The notes: generated by a model from the sequence alone, not told the origin. A DNA stretch of 58,812 nucleotides from an uncultured Planctomycetaceae bacterium (GCA_964652875.1 CAZZEF010000002.1:1-58812); one strand, 5' to 3'. Numbered from the stretch's first letter, positions 36,760 to 46,346 are shown. Program-made: numbers and translations.

Positions 36760-38691
36760 ATGGAAGAAGACAATACAACACTCAGACCCGATGAAAAAGC
36801 TTTTTTGGGACATCCGATGGGACTTTGGGTCCTGTTCACAACGGAAATGTGGGAACGTTTCTGCTATTATGGAATGCGCGCCTTTCTCGTTTTGTATATT
36901 TATCAGTCGATCAAGGGAACCAATCCCGGACTCGGCTGGACCGAAAAGGAAGCTTACAATCTTTACGGTTGGCTCACCAGTCTGATTTATCTTTTTCCGC
37001 TGTTCGGAGGATATATCGCTGACCGCTTTATCGGCCAGCATAAATCGGTTTTTTGGGGAGGAACATTAATCGCGCTTGGCGAATTCGCTCTCTTCTTTAC
37101 TGAATATTTTCGAAAATACGCAACCGAACCGATTACTCTGTCTTCCGCGCCGGCCGCATGGCTCTGCTTTATGGGCGGCTTGGCACTTATCGTTGTCGGT
37201 ACCGGTTTTTTCAAACCTTGCATTTCGATCATGGTCGGACAGCTTTATCATCAAAATGACAGCCGACGCGATGTCGCCTTCACTATTTTTTATATGGGTA
37301 TTAACCTCGGTGCGTTAATCGCTCCTTTTATCGCCGGTACTTTCGCTGAAATTTACGGCTGGCACTGGGGCTTTTTGACCGCCGCCATTGGCATGATTTT
37401 CGGCCTTTGCACTTACTCATTCTTTCGACCGCGTTATCTCGGTAAAGTCGGAACACTCGGTTATGTCGTTCCCGGATCCGATGCTGATCTTGATCGAAAA
37501 CAAAAAAAAGACGGTCAAGAGAACAGATCTGTCAAAGAATCCCCCAAGCCGCCGACCGGACGTTTGACCAAACGGGAAATCGACCGTGTCGCTGTTATCC
37601 TGATCCTCTCTTTCTTCTGCATTGCTTTTTGGGCGGTTTTCGAACAGGCGGGTTCCTCTTTGACAACGTTCGCTAAAAAGCAAACAGATCGGCGTGTCCC
37701 TCCGTTTGCCGCAAAATTCTTTCCCCAAGTTATTTTGGCCAATGAAAGCGAAAAAGACGCCGCAGCCGCATTTCGAAACGCGGAACTCGCCTGGATCGTC
37801 GATAAAAAGGTCAGCGACAAAGTAACCGGTTTCCTTGACGAAGGACTGGCCGCGCAAAAGAAATCGCAAATCGCCAGAAAAATCGCATCAATGAAAGAAC
37901 TTCCCCCTGTTACCGCCGAAGACCTCGAAGCCAAATGGATCAAAAAAAATTCAGAAATTGAGAAACAGGCTCAAGGTGACCCTAAAAAAATCAAGGATCT
38001 TTATTTACAATGGGAAAAAGATCTTGAATCGAAAGAAAACGTAACGGCCATTGACCAATCGTCGGCCCAAGATCCCAATTCCCCCGCGGAGACGCCGTCA
38101 AAAGAAACCGGATCCGTTGACGCCAAGGCCGCTGAAAACACTGTTTTCACTTTTCCCGCAACTTGGTATCAGTCGGTCAATCCAATCGGCATCGTTCTGT
38201 TCGCCCCGATCTTTGCGTTCCTTTGGGGATTTCTGGCCCGACGGCGGCTTGATCCTTCAACGCCCGTTAAATTCGGTATTGGACTGGTCGTTCTGGCCTG
38301 CGCGTTTATGTTTATGATCGGAGGAGCCATTCAATCACAAAAAACCGGAGGCAATGCCAGCGCCATTTGGCTTTTGGCTACTTACATCTTTTGTACTTGG
38401 GGTGAACTTTGCCTTTCACCGGTCGGGCTGTCGATGGTTTCCAAACTGGCTCCGCAAAAATATGCTTCGCTCCTGATGGGCGTTTGGCTCTTTTCCAGCG
38501 CGATCGCCAATTTCGTTGCCGCAAAACTGGCTTCCGTCTTCAGTACTTCCGGCGAAAGAATTTACTTCTTCTTCGGACAAGAGGGCGGCCTGGCCGACTT
38601 CTTCCTGCTTCTGACGATTATTCCGCTGGCTGTCGGTATTTTCGTTTTCCTCTTCGCTGGGAAAATTCGAAATATGATGCATGAAAATTGA
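36760..38691 (+). CDS. POT/PTR2-family proton-dependent oligopeptide transporter with ~150-aa internal insertion
   Basis: Contains GLWVLFTTEMWERFCYYGMRAFLVLY (ExxER), GGYIADRFIG, FEQAGSS and WYQSVNP. Confidence 0.9.
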   Translation: MEEDNTTLRPDEKAFLGHPMGLWVLFTTEMWERFCYYGMRAFLVLYIYQSIKGTNPGLGWTEKEAYNLYGWLTSLIYLFPLFGGYIADRFIGQHKSVFWGGTLIALGEFALFFTEYFRKYATEPITLSSAPAAWLCFMGGLALIVVGTGFFKPCISIMVGQLYHQNDSRRDVAFTIFYMGINLGALIAPFIAGTFAEIYGWHWGFLTAAIGMIFGLCTYSFFRPRYLGKVGTLGYVVPGSDADLDRKQKKDGQENRSVKESPKPPTGRLTKREIDRVAVILILSFFCIAFWAVFEQAGSSLTTFAKKQTDRRVPPFAAKFFPQVILANESEKDAAAAFRNAELAWIVDKKVSDKVTGFLDEGLAAQKKSQIARKIASMKELPPVTAEDLEAKWIKKNSEIEKQAQGDPKKIKDLYLQWEKDLESKENVTAIDQSSAQDPNSPAETPSKETGSVDAKAAENTVFTFPATWYQSVNPIGIVLFAPIFAFLWGFLARRRLDPSTPVKFGIGLVVLACAFMFMIGGAIQSQKTGGNASAIWLLATYIFCTWGELCLSPVGLSMVSKLAPQKYASLLMGVWLFSSAIANFVAAKLASVFSTSGERIYFFFGQEGGLADFFLLLTIIPLAVGIFVFLFAGKIRNMMHEN

Positions 38692-38711
38692 CCGTTGAAA
38701 ATTGCAGAACA

Positions 38712-38785
38712 TTTATTCTGATCCTTTTAATTTTACCGCCCTTTGTCTGCGTGAATCGACGGTTTTTAACATTAATACGGGACCA
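38712..38785 (+). repeat. PAL element copy H (left arm of an inverted pair)
   Basis: Sequence is TTTATTCTGATCCTTTTAATTTTACCGCCCTTTGTCTGCGTGAATCGACGGTTTTTAACATTAATACGGG. Confidence 0.7.
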
Positions 38786-38941
38786 TTTATGCGATGGGGC
38801 AACTTTATAATTGTCTGTTGGACAATCACAGCAAAGAATAAAACTGGAACGCAGATGTCTGATCAACATACCTGCAAAACAGATATCCCCGCCGGTTTTG
38901 ATACCTTGGATCAACTTGTAATTCAAAGGGTTACAAGTCAC

Positions 38942-39047
38942 TATACCGATTTCATCATGAATTTTCTGTTATAACGTCAAAAGAACAGCCGATTCACGCA
39001 ATCAATCGGCAGAGAAGACGGAAAATTTAAAAGAAATGCAGTATAAA
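38942..39047 (-). repeat. PAL element copy B (right arm of the inverted pair)
   Basis: The reverse complement reads TTTATACTGCATTTCTTTTAAATTTTCCGTCTTCTCTGCCGATTGATTGCGTGAATCGGCTGTTCTTTTGACGTTATAACAGAAAATTCATGATGAAATCGGTATA. Confidence 0.85.
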
Positions 39048-39515
39048 TCAGGATAATATGTTACCCGTATTATAAATTCTCTGCTTAATGCGGGAAAGCG
39101 CCGCGCAAACCGATTTTATACTTGACCGAAACGGAAAATAGTTCATGCCGTTTCGGTCTTTTCGTTCCATGTTAAAAACTATCCGTCTCTTGACCGCAAT
39201 ATCAGCACCCCTTGTCGTTTTCTCTATTCTTGTTGTTTTGACTTATCGGCACCACTATTTAATTTGTTATTCCTTCCCTATTTTTCCATTTTGTTATTTT
39301 TTCTTAATTTCACTTCTCTGTTTATTCGGAATATCCGTCATAAAAAACATGAAAAAATTTAAAAATATTTTAAATTTACCTTTCTGTTATCTGGATGATC
39401 TTTGACGATACGATTATTATTTAGGATTGTAAGGGGATTTTGTTTTCTGACAGAAATATTATGAAATGTCTATTATATCGGTTGGGCATTATGACTTCCG
39501 ATCACGAAAGCGGAT

Positions 39516-39610
39516 TATACCGATTTCACTTTAAATTTTTCCGTCAGACGAAACCAAGGCATTCTATTTCGAATGACATTGGAAAAATTATTCTGCATGC
39601 AGTATAAAAG
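39516..39610 (-). repeat. PAL element trace I (degenerate)
   Basis: It begins TATACCGATTTCAC and ends GCATGCAGTATAAAAG, like copy B. The interior is poorly conserved. Confidence 0.35.
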
Positions 39611-39642
39611 TCAACCGCAAATCATAATCAGGGATGAATTTG

Positions 39643-41694
39643 ATGAAAAAGGCAATTAAATTATTTTACGTTTTGAGTGCAGCCATTTTTGTGTTTTCAA
39701 ATTTTTTGTCCGCGGCGGAAAAAAATGGACCGACGATAAAAGAGCGGCCGGTCATAAAAATTGCGGTTGCTGACAAGAAAACTCAAAATGATTCGAACTC
39801 CGGTAACTCGCCGGTTAATCCGGTAAAAAAAGCCCTTTCCGCGGAAGACCGGTCTTTTTTGAAAAAAACAATTGGACTTTGTTCCGTATTGAAGAAGGAT
39901 TGTTCTGAACCCGATCAGAAAAAACAAATTCAACGTTTTGACATTCTTAAGAAAACAATCGCGGAATTGAAAGAAAATATTGCCAAAAGTTCCGATGAAG
40001 ACAACACACAATCATGGATTAATTTTCTTGAATTGAACGAGCTGGAAAAAGAACTCTCTTCGGACAAGCTCGATCTTAAGGCTTGCCAAAATACGCTTAA
40101 GGCTCTTAATTCGCAGGAATCCGGCTTGGAATTCGATATTTTTTTACCTCTTCGGGAAAAATTGACGGATCTTCTCAAGCAGAAAAAAACCAGCTGGACT
40201 CAGCAGGAAAAAGACGATTTCAAATACGTTTGCGACCAGCTTCCCAAAGATTTGGAAAATTTGCTGCGCGGATACGACAACAATAAAGCGGAACTGGCGA
40301 CAATTTCACTGGCCTATCTCCGCGATTATTCCGTAAATCAAACAACTTATGAAGAATTGAAAAATTTGGTTTTGGACTATTTTTCCAAGCCGAACTGTCG
40401 TCTTGTCATTTCCGACAAACTAATGCGAAAAGACAAAAAACAGAGCATCAATGAAAACATTGAAGTTTCCGAATACATCCGCGGCTCACAGGTTATCGGC
40501 AACGGCACCGTTTCCGGAACAGTTGACGCTCAATATGTTCCCAATGAAGAAAAAGCTGAAATTAAAATCGTCATTCACGCAACGGTCAATACGCAAACTT
40601 CCGCCTATCAAAACAGCGTTCAAGTCAAGTCTGACAATACAGGAACCATGTATGCGCAAAAATCGATTTTTTTCTCTGATTATATTACGTCAATGCCCGC
40701 CATTGTCAAAGGGAGCATGAATTCCAATATAACCGGAATTTTCTCCGATCGGACAATGGGTTGGAACATTATTCAACAGCGTGTTGCTGAAGAACAACCT
40801 TATTCCAAAGCGGAATCGCAGCGCCGGATGGAGGAACGTTTTTCCGAACGTCTGGATCGAGAAGTTGATTCCAGAATCGCGCCGACCAAAGAGTATCTGG
40901 ACCTGAAATTTTATAAATTTCTTCATGAGATCGATTTCGTTCCGCGCTTTATCAAATCAAGCACTACCGAAAAGAATCTATTCTGGTCTGCCTTGCTCGC
41001 CTCCAAAACCCAGTTGGGTCTTCCGAAAAACGATCTTCTTCCCCCAAAAGATAAAAATTCCTCTTCCGATGTTGATCTGTCTCTGCATGTCAGCGCCATT
41101 AATAATGCGTTTTTCAACAGCTTTTCCGGTAAACGCGTTTCCGATCAGGATATCGCCAAACGGCTTTCCGCTGTTTTTACTTCCGAAAAGAACAACGACA
41201 AGAAAACAACAGACACCCCTCTTTGGCTTATTTTCAGCAGTGACCTGCCAATTGACGTTTCATTCGCGAATAATGAAATAAAAACGGTCATGCACTTGGA
41301 CGGCTTTGAAAAAGACGATAAAAGTTATCCGGAACTGACTATCGAATTTGTCTATAAAATTGAAAAAACAAAAGAAGGTTTTGTCATTCGAAGAACCGTT
41401 TTGGACGCGCGCCCCGGCGATCTTGCCCCCGGTCAAATCATTCCCGCCCGATATCAGGCGATTCGAACGCTCATTCTTGACAAACTCGGTCCTTCACTCA
41501 AAGACAAAATAGAAGTCAATCCCATTGATACCGTAAAAATCGCAAAGGATCGTCAGAAAAAGGAATCCGCTGATAAACCTTCAAAAGAAAAAGTCGGTCT
41601 GCGCCCCGGCTTCTTTCTGCCCGTCGCCTGTTCTGCAAGCAACGGATGGCTGAGTTTGCAGTATATTTTTGTTCCTGATAAAAATTCCAAATAG
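39643..41694 (+). CDS. Large secreted protein, unknown function
   Basis: 683 aa from MKKAIKLFYVLSAAIFVFSNFLSA (an alternative ATG lies at 39634). No motif recognised. Confidence 0.7.
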   Translation: MKKAIKLFYVLSAAIFVFSNFLSAAEKNGPTIKERPVIKIAVADKKTQNDSNSGNSPVNPVKKALSAEDRSFLKKTIGLCSVLKKDCSEPDQKKQIQRFDILKKTIAELKENIAKSSDEDNTQSWINFLELNELEKELSSDKLDLKACQNTLKALNSQESGLEFDIFLPLREKLTDLLKQKKTSWTQQEKDDFKYVCDQLPKDLENLLRGYDNNKAELATISLAYLRDYSVNQTTYEELKNLVLDYFSKPNCRLVISDKLMRKDKKQSINENIEVSEYIRGSQVIGNGTVSGTVDAQYVPNEEKAEIKIVIHATVNTQTSAYQNSVQVKSDNTGTMYAQKSIFFSDYITSMPAIVKGSMNSNITGIFSDRTMGWNIIQQRVAEEQPYSKAESQRRMEERFSERLDREVDSRIAPTKEYLDLKFYKFLHEIDFVPRFIKSSTTEKNLFWSALLASKTQLGLPKNDLLPPKDKNSSSDVDLSLHVSAINNAFFNSFSGKRVSDQDIAKRLSAVFTSEKNNDKKTTDTPLWLIFSSDLPIDVSFANNEIKTVMHLDGFEKDDKSYPELTIEFVYKIEKTKEGFVIRRTVLDARPGDLAPGQIIPARYQAIRTLILDKLGPSLKDKIEVNPIDTVKIAKDRQKKESADKPSKEKVGLRPGFFLPVACSASNGWLSLQYIFVPDKNSK

Positions 41695-41796
41695 AATTAA
41701 CTGACTCCGAACATATAAATTTAAAGTCTGTCCTGAAAAATTGAACCCCGTTTCAGACCGTTCCTTTTCTCTTTCGAACTAATTTCAGGATGGACT

Positions 41797-41875
41797 TTTA
41801 TACAGATCTCTTTTAATTTTTCGTCATTTCTGCCGATTAACTGCGTAAATCGGAGGTTCGTTTAATACTTAAAAT
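41797..41875 (+). repeat. PAL element copy C
   Basis: Sequence is TTTATACAGATCTCTTTTAATTTTTCGTCATTTCTGCCGATTAACTGCGTAAATCGGAGGTTCGTTTAATACTT. Confidence 0.75.
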
Positions 41876-42209
41876 CTAATATTAAAATCGACATAATTGA
41901 CTTTTCCCCCATTGGGTATTACAATAGATCCAGCTCAGTCGGTTGAATTTAAATTTCATTTTCCAACGACAAATAATTACCGGTTTCGCAAAATTAACTG
42001 ATCAAAAAGAAGTAATACCGGCTGCATAATAAACCGTTCCGTCCGGTTTCGCGAAATATTTTCGAAAAATCTTTCGCAGACAAACAAGGTTCAGAAGTAA
42101 TTACGAAAAAATCTTTCTGTTTGCGTTCTCAATCAAGTTTTGGACAAAGAGATTGTCCTGATTCCGAATCAAATACGGACAGAACCGCATTATCTGTCAG
42201 ACCGGACGA

Positions 42210-42310
42210 TTATATACTGACCGTATTGTTAATTTCCGATTGTTCCGCCGTTTGACGTCATGAATCGGCTGTTTCTGACATTGAAAAGGGAAATTCATAA
42301 TGAAAACTTG
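42210..42310 (+). repeat. PAL element copy K
   Basis: Sequence is TTATATACTGACCGTATTGTTAATTTCCGATTGTTCCGCCGTTTGACGTCATGAATCGGCTGTTTCTGACATTGAAAAGGGAAATTCATAATGAAAAC. Confidence 0.75.
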
Positions 42311-42371
42311 ATAACATCTTCAAAACTAATTATTTGCGATTTTGATCAAATATCAATTCAGGAAAAAAGAA

Positions 42372-45300
42372 ATGAAAAAATTATTGCTGATTGCTTTGAC
42401 GCTTTTTTGTTCTATTTGTCAGGCTCAAACGTTGCAGGAAGGATTTACAACTCCCCCCGCGAGCGCCAAACCGGAAGTTTGGTGGCATTGGACAAGCGAC
42501 GATATCAACAAAGAAGGAATGACCGCCGATCTCGAATCGATGAAAAAAGTCGGGATCGACCGCGCCTATATTTTCTTCGTCAGCGGACCGGGCAAGGGGA
42601 TCGGATTGACTCCTGAACGGCTTGAATTCTATCGTTATGCGGCGGCGGAAGCCAAACGACTCGGGCTGACTCTCGGAATGCATAACTGTCCCGGATGGTC
42701 ATCCAGCGGAGGTCCCTGGATCACTCCCGAACAGTCGATGAAAGGACTCGTCTGTTCGGAAACTTTTTTGACCGGTGGACAAAAGATCAATATCAAACTG
42801 CCGCAGCCTCCAACACGGCTTGATTTCTATCGCGATGTTGCTGTTCTGGCTGTTCCGGTAAAAGACGGTCCGTTCGAACCGAAAATCGTTCTTAACGGAA
42901 AAGAAATCACCAAGCCCCAATTTCGGATCCCTGTCGCAGGCGAAGGAACCCAAGCCGATCTTGAATGCCGCTTCGATAAAAAAATTTCCGCCAACTCAAT
43001 TGGAATCGTTTTTTCGACATCCTCGTTAAACGTTGGCGGTAAAATCGACGCCGTCGACGAATACGGAAAGACACGTGAAGTTGGTCAGTTCCGGCTTCGA
43101 AAATTCGGCTGGCTCAATCACAGCGACCCGAACACCTGGCAAATTCTTGATCTCGCCGAAAAGGACGGATCTCCCGTTAAAGCGAAAACGTTCCGCCTTC
43201 ATTTTACCGGTCAGACCGGCAAGGAATTTCCCGTCCCGGTCAGCAAAATTCGTTTTTTCAATAATTCAATGATCGCCGATATCGACCAGAAGAACTCTTC
43301 AACAGACCGATTCGGCTATCAGGAACCAGTTCGACCTGATGAAAAAGGGATCAACCCGAACGATGTGATCGATCTTTCCGACAAGATGCGGAATGACGGA
43401 TCGCTTGACTGGAACGCTCCGATCGGGAATTATGTCGTTTTGCGAATCGGATGCACCGCGCTGGGTAAAATGTGCGCACCGGCTCATAAAAACATGCGGG
43501 GACTCGAATGCGACAAGCTGGCCAAATTCGGAATTGAAGAGCATTGGAAAAACATGATGGGTCCGGTTCTTAATCAGGTCAATCCTTACGGAACACTCCG
43601 CGTCTGTCTTATCGATAGTTACGAGATGGGCGGACAAAACTGGACATTCGAACTTGAAAATATTTTCAAAAACAAACGCGGATATTCGATGCGAAAATAT
43701 TTTCCTGCACTGTTCGGATACATGATCGGATCGGGCGCCGATTCCGCCGCATTTCTTTATGATTTCCAGCGAACCGTTTCCGACTGTTTTGTCGAAAATT
43801 ATTATGACCGTTTTTATGAACTTTGCAACGCCAATAATATTATGTCGAGTTGCGAATCGTATAACGGCCCGTTTGACGATTTACAGTGCGCGCATAAAAT
43901 ACCGCTCGCCGTAACTGAATTTTGGGTTGGCGGTAATGGATTGGGATCCCGTTACTCCGCGTCCGCGGCCCGTATTCACGGTCAGTCCGTCAACGGAGCC
44001 GAATCATTCACCGCGGAACCCGGTCCCGGCCGATGGCAGCAGGATCCCCGCCAGCTCAAGCGATACGGCGACATGGCTTGGATCGAAGGTGTCAACCTCC
44101 TGATCCTTCACAGTTACGTCCAGCAGCCTTACGGACAGGCCAAACCGGGCATGACGCTCATGCAATACGGAACTCATTTTGGCCGCAACAATACCTGGTG
44201 GTCAGAATCAAAGGGCTGGATGGATTATATGGCGCGCGGTCAGTTCCTTCTGCAAAGCGGTCACAGCACTTCGGAAATTCTCATACTGGCCGGTGAAAGC
44301 CGTCCGAACGCCTGCGGTATTCGAAAGGAGTTAACCAATGCCGGTTACGATTTCGATTACTGCGATGCCGAAACCATTCATAAACGCCTCTCCTTTAAAA
44401 ACGGTAAAATTCATATCGACGGAGCGCTGGATTATGATGTCTTTTTCCTTGGATCAGAACGGCATCCATCGCTGGCAACCCTGCGCAAAGTCAAAGATCT
44501 GCTCGATCAGGGCGCGTTTGTCGCCGGTCAAAAACCGCTTGGTTCACCCAGTTTGGCTGATAAAAAAGATCTTACGGAATACAATCATCTTGTTCAAACA
44601 ATTTGGATCGATAAAAAATATCGAACCTTCCTTGAAACGAATGATGCACTTACGGCCTTGAAACAGGCCAAAATAGCCCCTGATTTCCAAAGCGTTAATC
44701 CGAATTTCATTACGATCTCCCGCGAAACACAACAAGAGCGGATCTATTTTATTATGAACACATCGGACGACGACTCGTTTGGTGTCTGCTCTTTCCGTGT
44801 TACAGGAATGACTCCTGAATTTTGGGATCCAATGACCGGAAAAATCTCGCCCGCTGCTTTTTGGAAACAGACCGAAAACAGACGAACGGAACTCCCGGTC
44901 AAACTGGCTCCGAACGGATCGACTTTTGTTGTTTTTTCAAAAAAACAGATCGAAGATCATCCCGTTGCTCTGATCGAAGGAAAAATCAAACCAGACAAAA
45001 ATAACAGTCTGACAATACTTGAAGCCAAATATCGGGTGCGCGGCGATAATACCGGAGGTGTTGATGTTTTGGATCGGGTAGTTCAGGCGATGGACAAGGA
45101 AGGCTTGAAACTTTTAGTCGAAAACAATACACTCGGCCGCAGGGACCCTTACCCGGATCAGTTCAAAGAACTTCTGCTGCATTATCGAATCAACGGAAAA
45201 GAAAAGATCGGCATTTATCCGGAACATACGAGTATTTATCTCCCTCTGATTCCGGAAGACGCTTTTATCGCCAATTATTTTACCGAGAGCAACAGACCGT

Positions 45301-45941
45301 CTGCGGAATTTACCCGCCCCGGAACCTTTGCTGTTAAACTCGCCTCGGGCAAAACTCTTTCTGCCTCCTGTTCTCAAACGATAAACGTACTTTCCCTGAA
45401 TGACAATTGGACCGTTGAATTCACCAAAGATCTCGGCGCGCCGGAGGGCAAAATTCCGTTCGGCAAACTGGTTTCCTGGTCAGATCGACCGGAATCCGGA
45501 ATCAAATACTTCTCCGGCAGTGCCGTTTACCGTAAAACCGTCTCTCTTACTCCGGACGAGTTCAAAACCAAAAAACATTTCTTACTTGATCTTGGGGAAG
45601 TAAAAAATCTGGCACGGGTCATTGTCAACGGAAAGGATCTCGGTATTCTTTGGACACCGCCTTTCTCAATGGACATTACCTCCGCGCTCAAGCCGGGCAA
45701 TAATCTTCTGGAGATCAAGGTGGTCAATCTTTGGGTCAATCGATTGATCGGCGATGAATTTCACCCAACCGCCAATCAAACCGAAAAGCCCGATTGGGTT
45801 GTCAAAGGACTTCCGAATTCCGGCGACGGTCGTTATACCTGGTCCTCCTGGAAGGGATGGAACAAAGACGACAAACCGCTTTCGTCCGGTCTTCTTGGAC
45901 CGGTTTCCCTCGAATCCCGCCCGGTACTTCCATTAAAGTAA
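42372..45941 (+). CDS. Large secreted glycoside-hydrolase-like protein (GH106-type rhamnosidase-like architecture, tentative)
   Basis: Start at MKKLLLIALTLFCSICQA. The N-terminus has PPASAKPEVWWHWTSDDINKEGMTADLESMKKVGI. The C-terminus has the sugar-binding-type motif FSGSAVYRKTV...VNGKDLG...PFSMDIT...GNNLLEIKVVNLWVNRL. Confidence 0.6.
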   Translation: MKKLLLIALTLFCSICQAQTLQEGFTTPPASAKPEVWWHWTSDDINKEGMTADLESMKKVGIDRAYIFFVSGPGKGIGLTPERLEFYRYAAAEAKRLGLTLGMHNCPGWSSSGGPWITPEQSMKGLVCSETFLTGGQKINIKLPQPPTRLDFYRDVAVLAVPVKDGPFEPKIVLNGKEITKPQFRIPVAGEGTQADLECRFDKKISANSIGIVFSTSSLNVGGKIDAVDEYGKTREVGQFRLRKFGWLNHSDPNTWQILDLAEKDGSPVKAKTFRLHFTGQTGKEFPVPVSKIRFFNNSMIADIDQKNSSTDRFGYQEPVRPDEKGINPNDVIDLSDKMRNDGSLDWNAPIGNYVVLRIGCTALGKMCAPAHKNMRGLECDKLAKFGIEEHWKNMMGPVLNQVNPYGTLRVCLIDSYEMGGQNWTFELENIFKNKRGYSMRKYFPALFGYMIGSGADSAAFLYDFQRTVSDCFVENYYDRFYELCNANNIMSSCESYNGPFDDLQCAHKIPLAVTEFWVGGNGLGSRYSASAARIHGQSVNGAESFTAEPGPGRWQQDPRQLKRYGDMAWIEGVNLLILHSYVQQPYGQAKPGMTLMQYGTHFGRNNTWWSESKGWMDYMARGQFLLQSGHSTSEILILAGESRPNACGIRKELTNAGYDFDYCDAETIHKRLSFKNGKIHIDGALDYDVFFLGSERHPSLATLRKVKDLLDQGAFVAGQKPLGSPSLADKKDLTEYNHLVQTIWIDKKYRTFLETNDALTALKQAKIAPDFQSVNPNFITISRETQQERIYFIMNTSDDDSFGVCSFRVTGMTPEFWDPMTGKISPAAFWKQTENRRTELPVKLAPNGSTFVVFSKKQIEDHPVALIEGKIKPDKNNSLTILEAKYRVRGDNTGGVDVLDRVVQAMDKEGLKLLVENNTLGRRDPYPDQFKELLLHYRINGKEKIGIYPEHTSIYLPLIPEDAFIANYFTESNRPSAEFTRPGTFAVKLASGKTLSASCSQTINVLSLNDNWTVEFTKDLGAPEGKIPFGKLVSWSDRPESGIKYFSGSAVYRKTVSLTPDEFKTKKHFLLDLGEVKNLARVIVNGKDLGILWTPPFSMDITSALKPGNNLLEIKVVNLWVNRLIGDEFHPTANQTEKPDWVVKGLPNSGDGRYTWSSWKGWNKDDKPLSSGLLGPVSLESRPVLPLK

Positions 45942-45973
45942 TTTTCAAAAACTGCTTGTTCTGTTCTGATATC

Positions 45974-46016
45974 GCGCCGGATTTCTGTCATAAACAGTCA
46001 CAACGGCGCTTTTCGT
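45974..46016 (+). terminator. Possible terminator after the hydrolase gene
   Basis: GCGCCG...(24-nt loop with inner CTGT/ACAG)...CGGCGC followed by TTTTCGTTATTTT. Confidence 0.4.
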
Positions 46017-46017
46017 T

Positions 46018-46124
46018 ATTTTATACTGCACTCCTTTTTAATTTTCCGTTATTTCCGCCGATTGACTGCGTGAATCGGCTGTTCTTTGTACGTTATAATG
46101 AAAAATTCAACAAGGAACCAGTAT
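46018..46124 (+). repeat. PAL element copy D (best preserved)
   Basis: Sequence is TTTTATACTGCACTCCTTTTTAATTTTCCGTTATTTCCGCCGATTGACTGCGTGAATCGGCTGTTCTTTGTACGTTATAATGAAAAATTCAACAAGGAACCAGTAT. Positions 46040-46124 are identical to 48886-48970. Confidence 0.9.
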
Positions 46125-46150
46125 CGAACAGAATCTTAACTGAATGGAGA

Positions 46151-46245
46151 TAAATGGAATTGACCATGTACGTTAAGTCACACCCCCAGGTGAATATACT
46201 TCCCAAATGGGGATTATGAATGGAATTAACCATGTACGTTAAGTC
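46151..46245. repeat. Two-unit direct repeat: 29-nt units, 37-nt spacer
   Basis: TAAATGGAATTGACCATGTACGTTAAGTC lies at 46151-46179 and TGAATGGAATTAACCATGTACGTTAAGTC at 46217-46245. A partial TGAATGGAGA lies at 46141. Confidence 0.8.
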
Positions 46246-46320
46246 GCTCTTCTTCAGAATATCGAAATTGAGTCTCCTGTAAATTTTCAGTAAATATGGT
46301 TCATTCTGTATTTCGGATAA

Positions 46321-46346
46321 GAAAAATGGGACACAGAATTCTGTCC
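46321..46346 (-). terminator. Terminator of the LRR gene
   Basis: The minus strand reads GGACAGAATTCTGTGTCC followed by CATTTTTC, 70 nt past the stop at 46415. Confidence 0.5.

Noticed and set aside
38618-38974. Overlapping ORFs 38618..38941(-) and 38702..38974(+)
   Set aside because: They overlap each other on opposite strands and span the inverted PAL arms. They are most simply artefacts of the repeat unit.
39145-39405. 86-aa hydrophobic ORF
   Set aside because: Its ATG lies inside a terminator-like hairpin (CCGAAACGG...CCGTTTCGG followed by TCTTTTCG). It has no SD and a T-rich, low-complexity composition.
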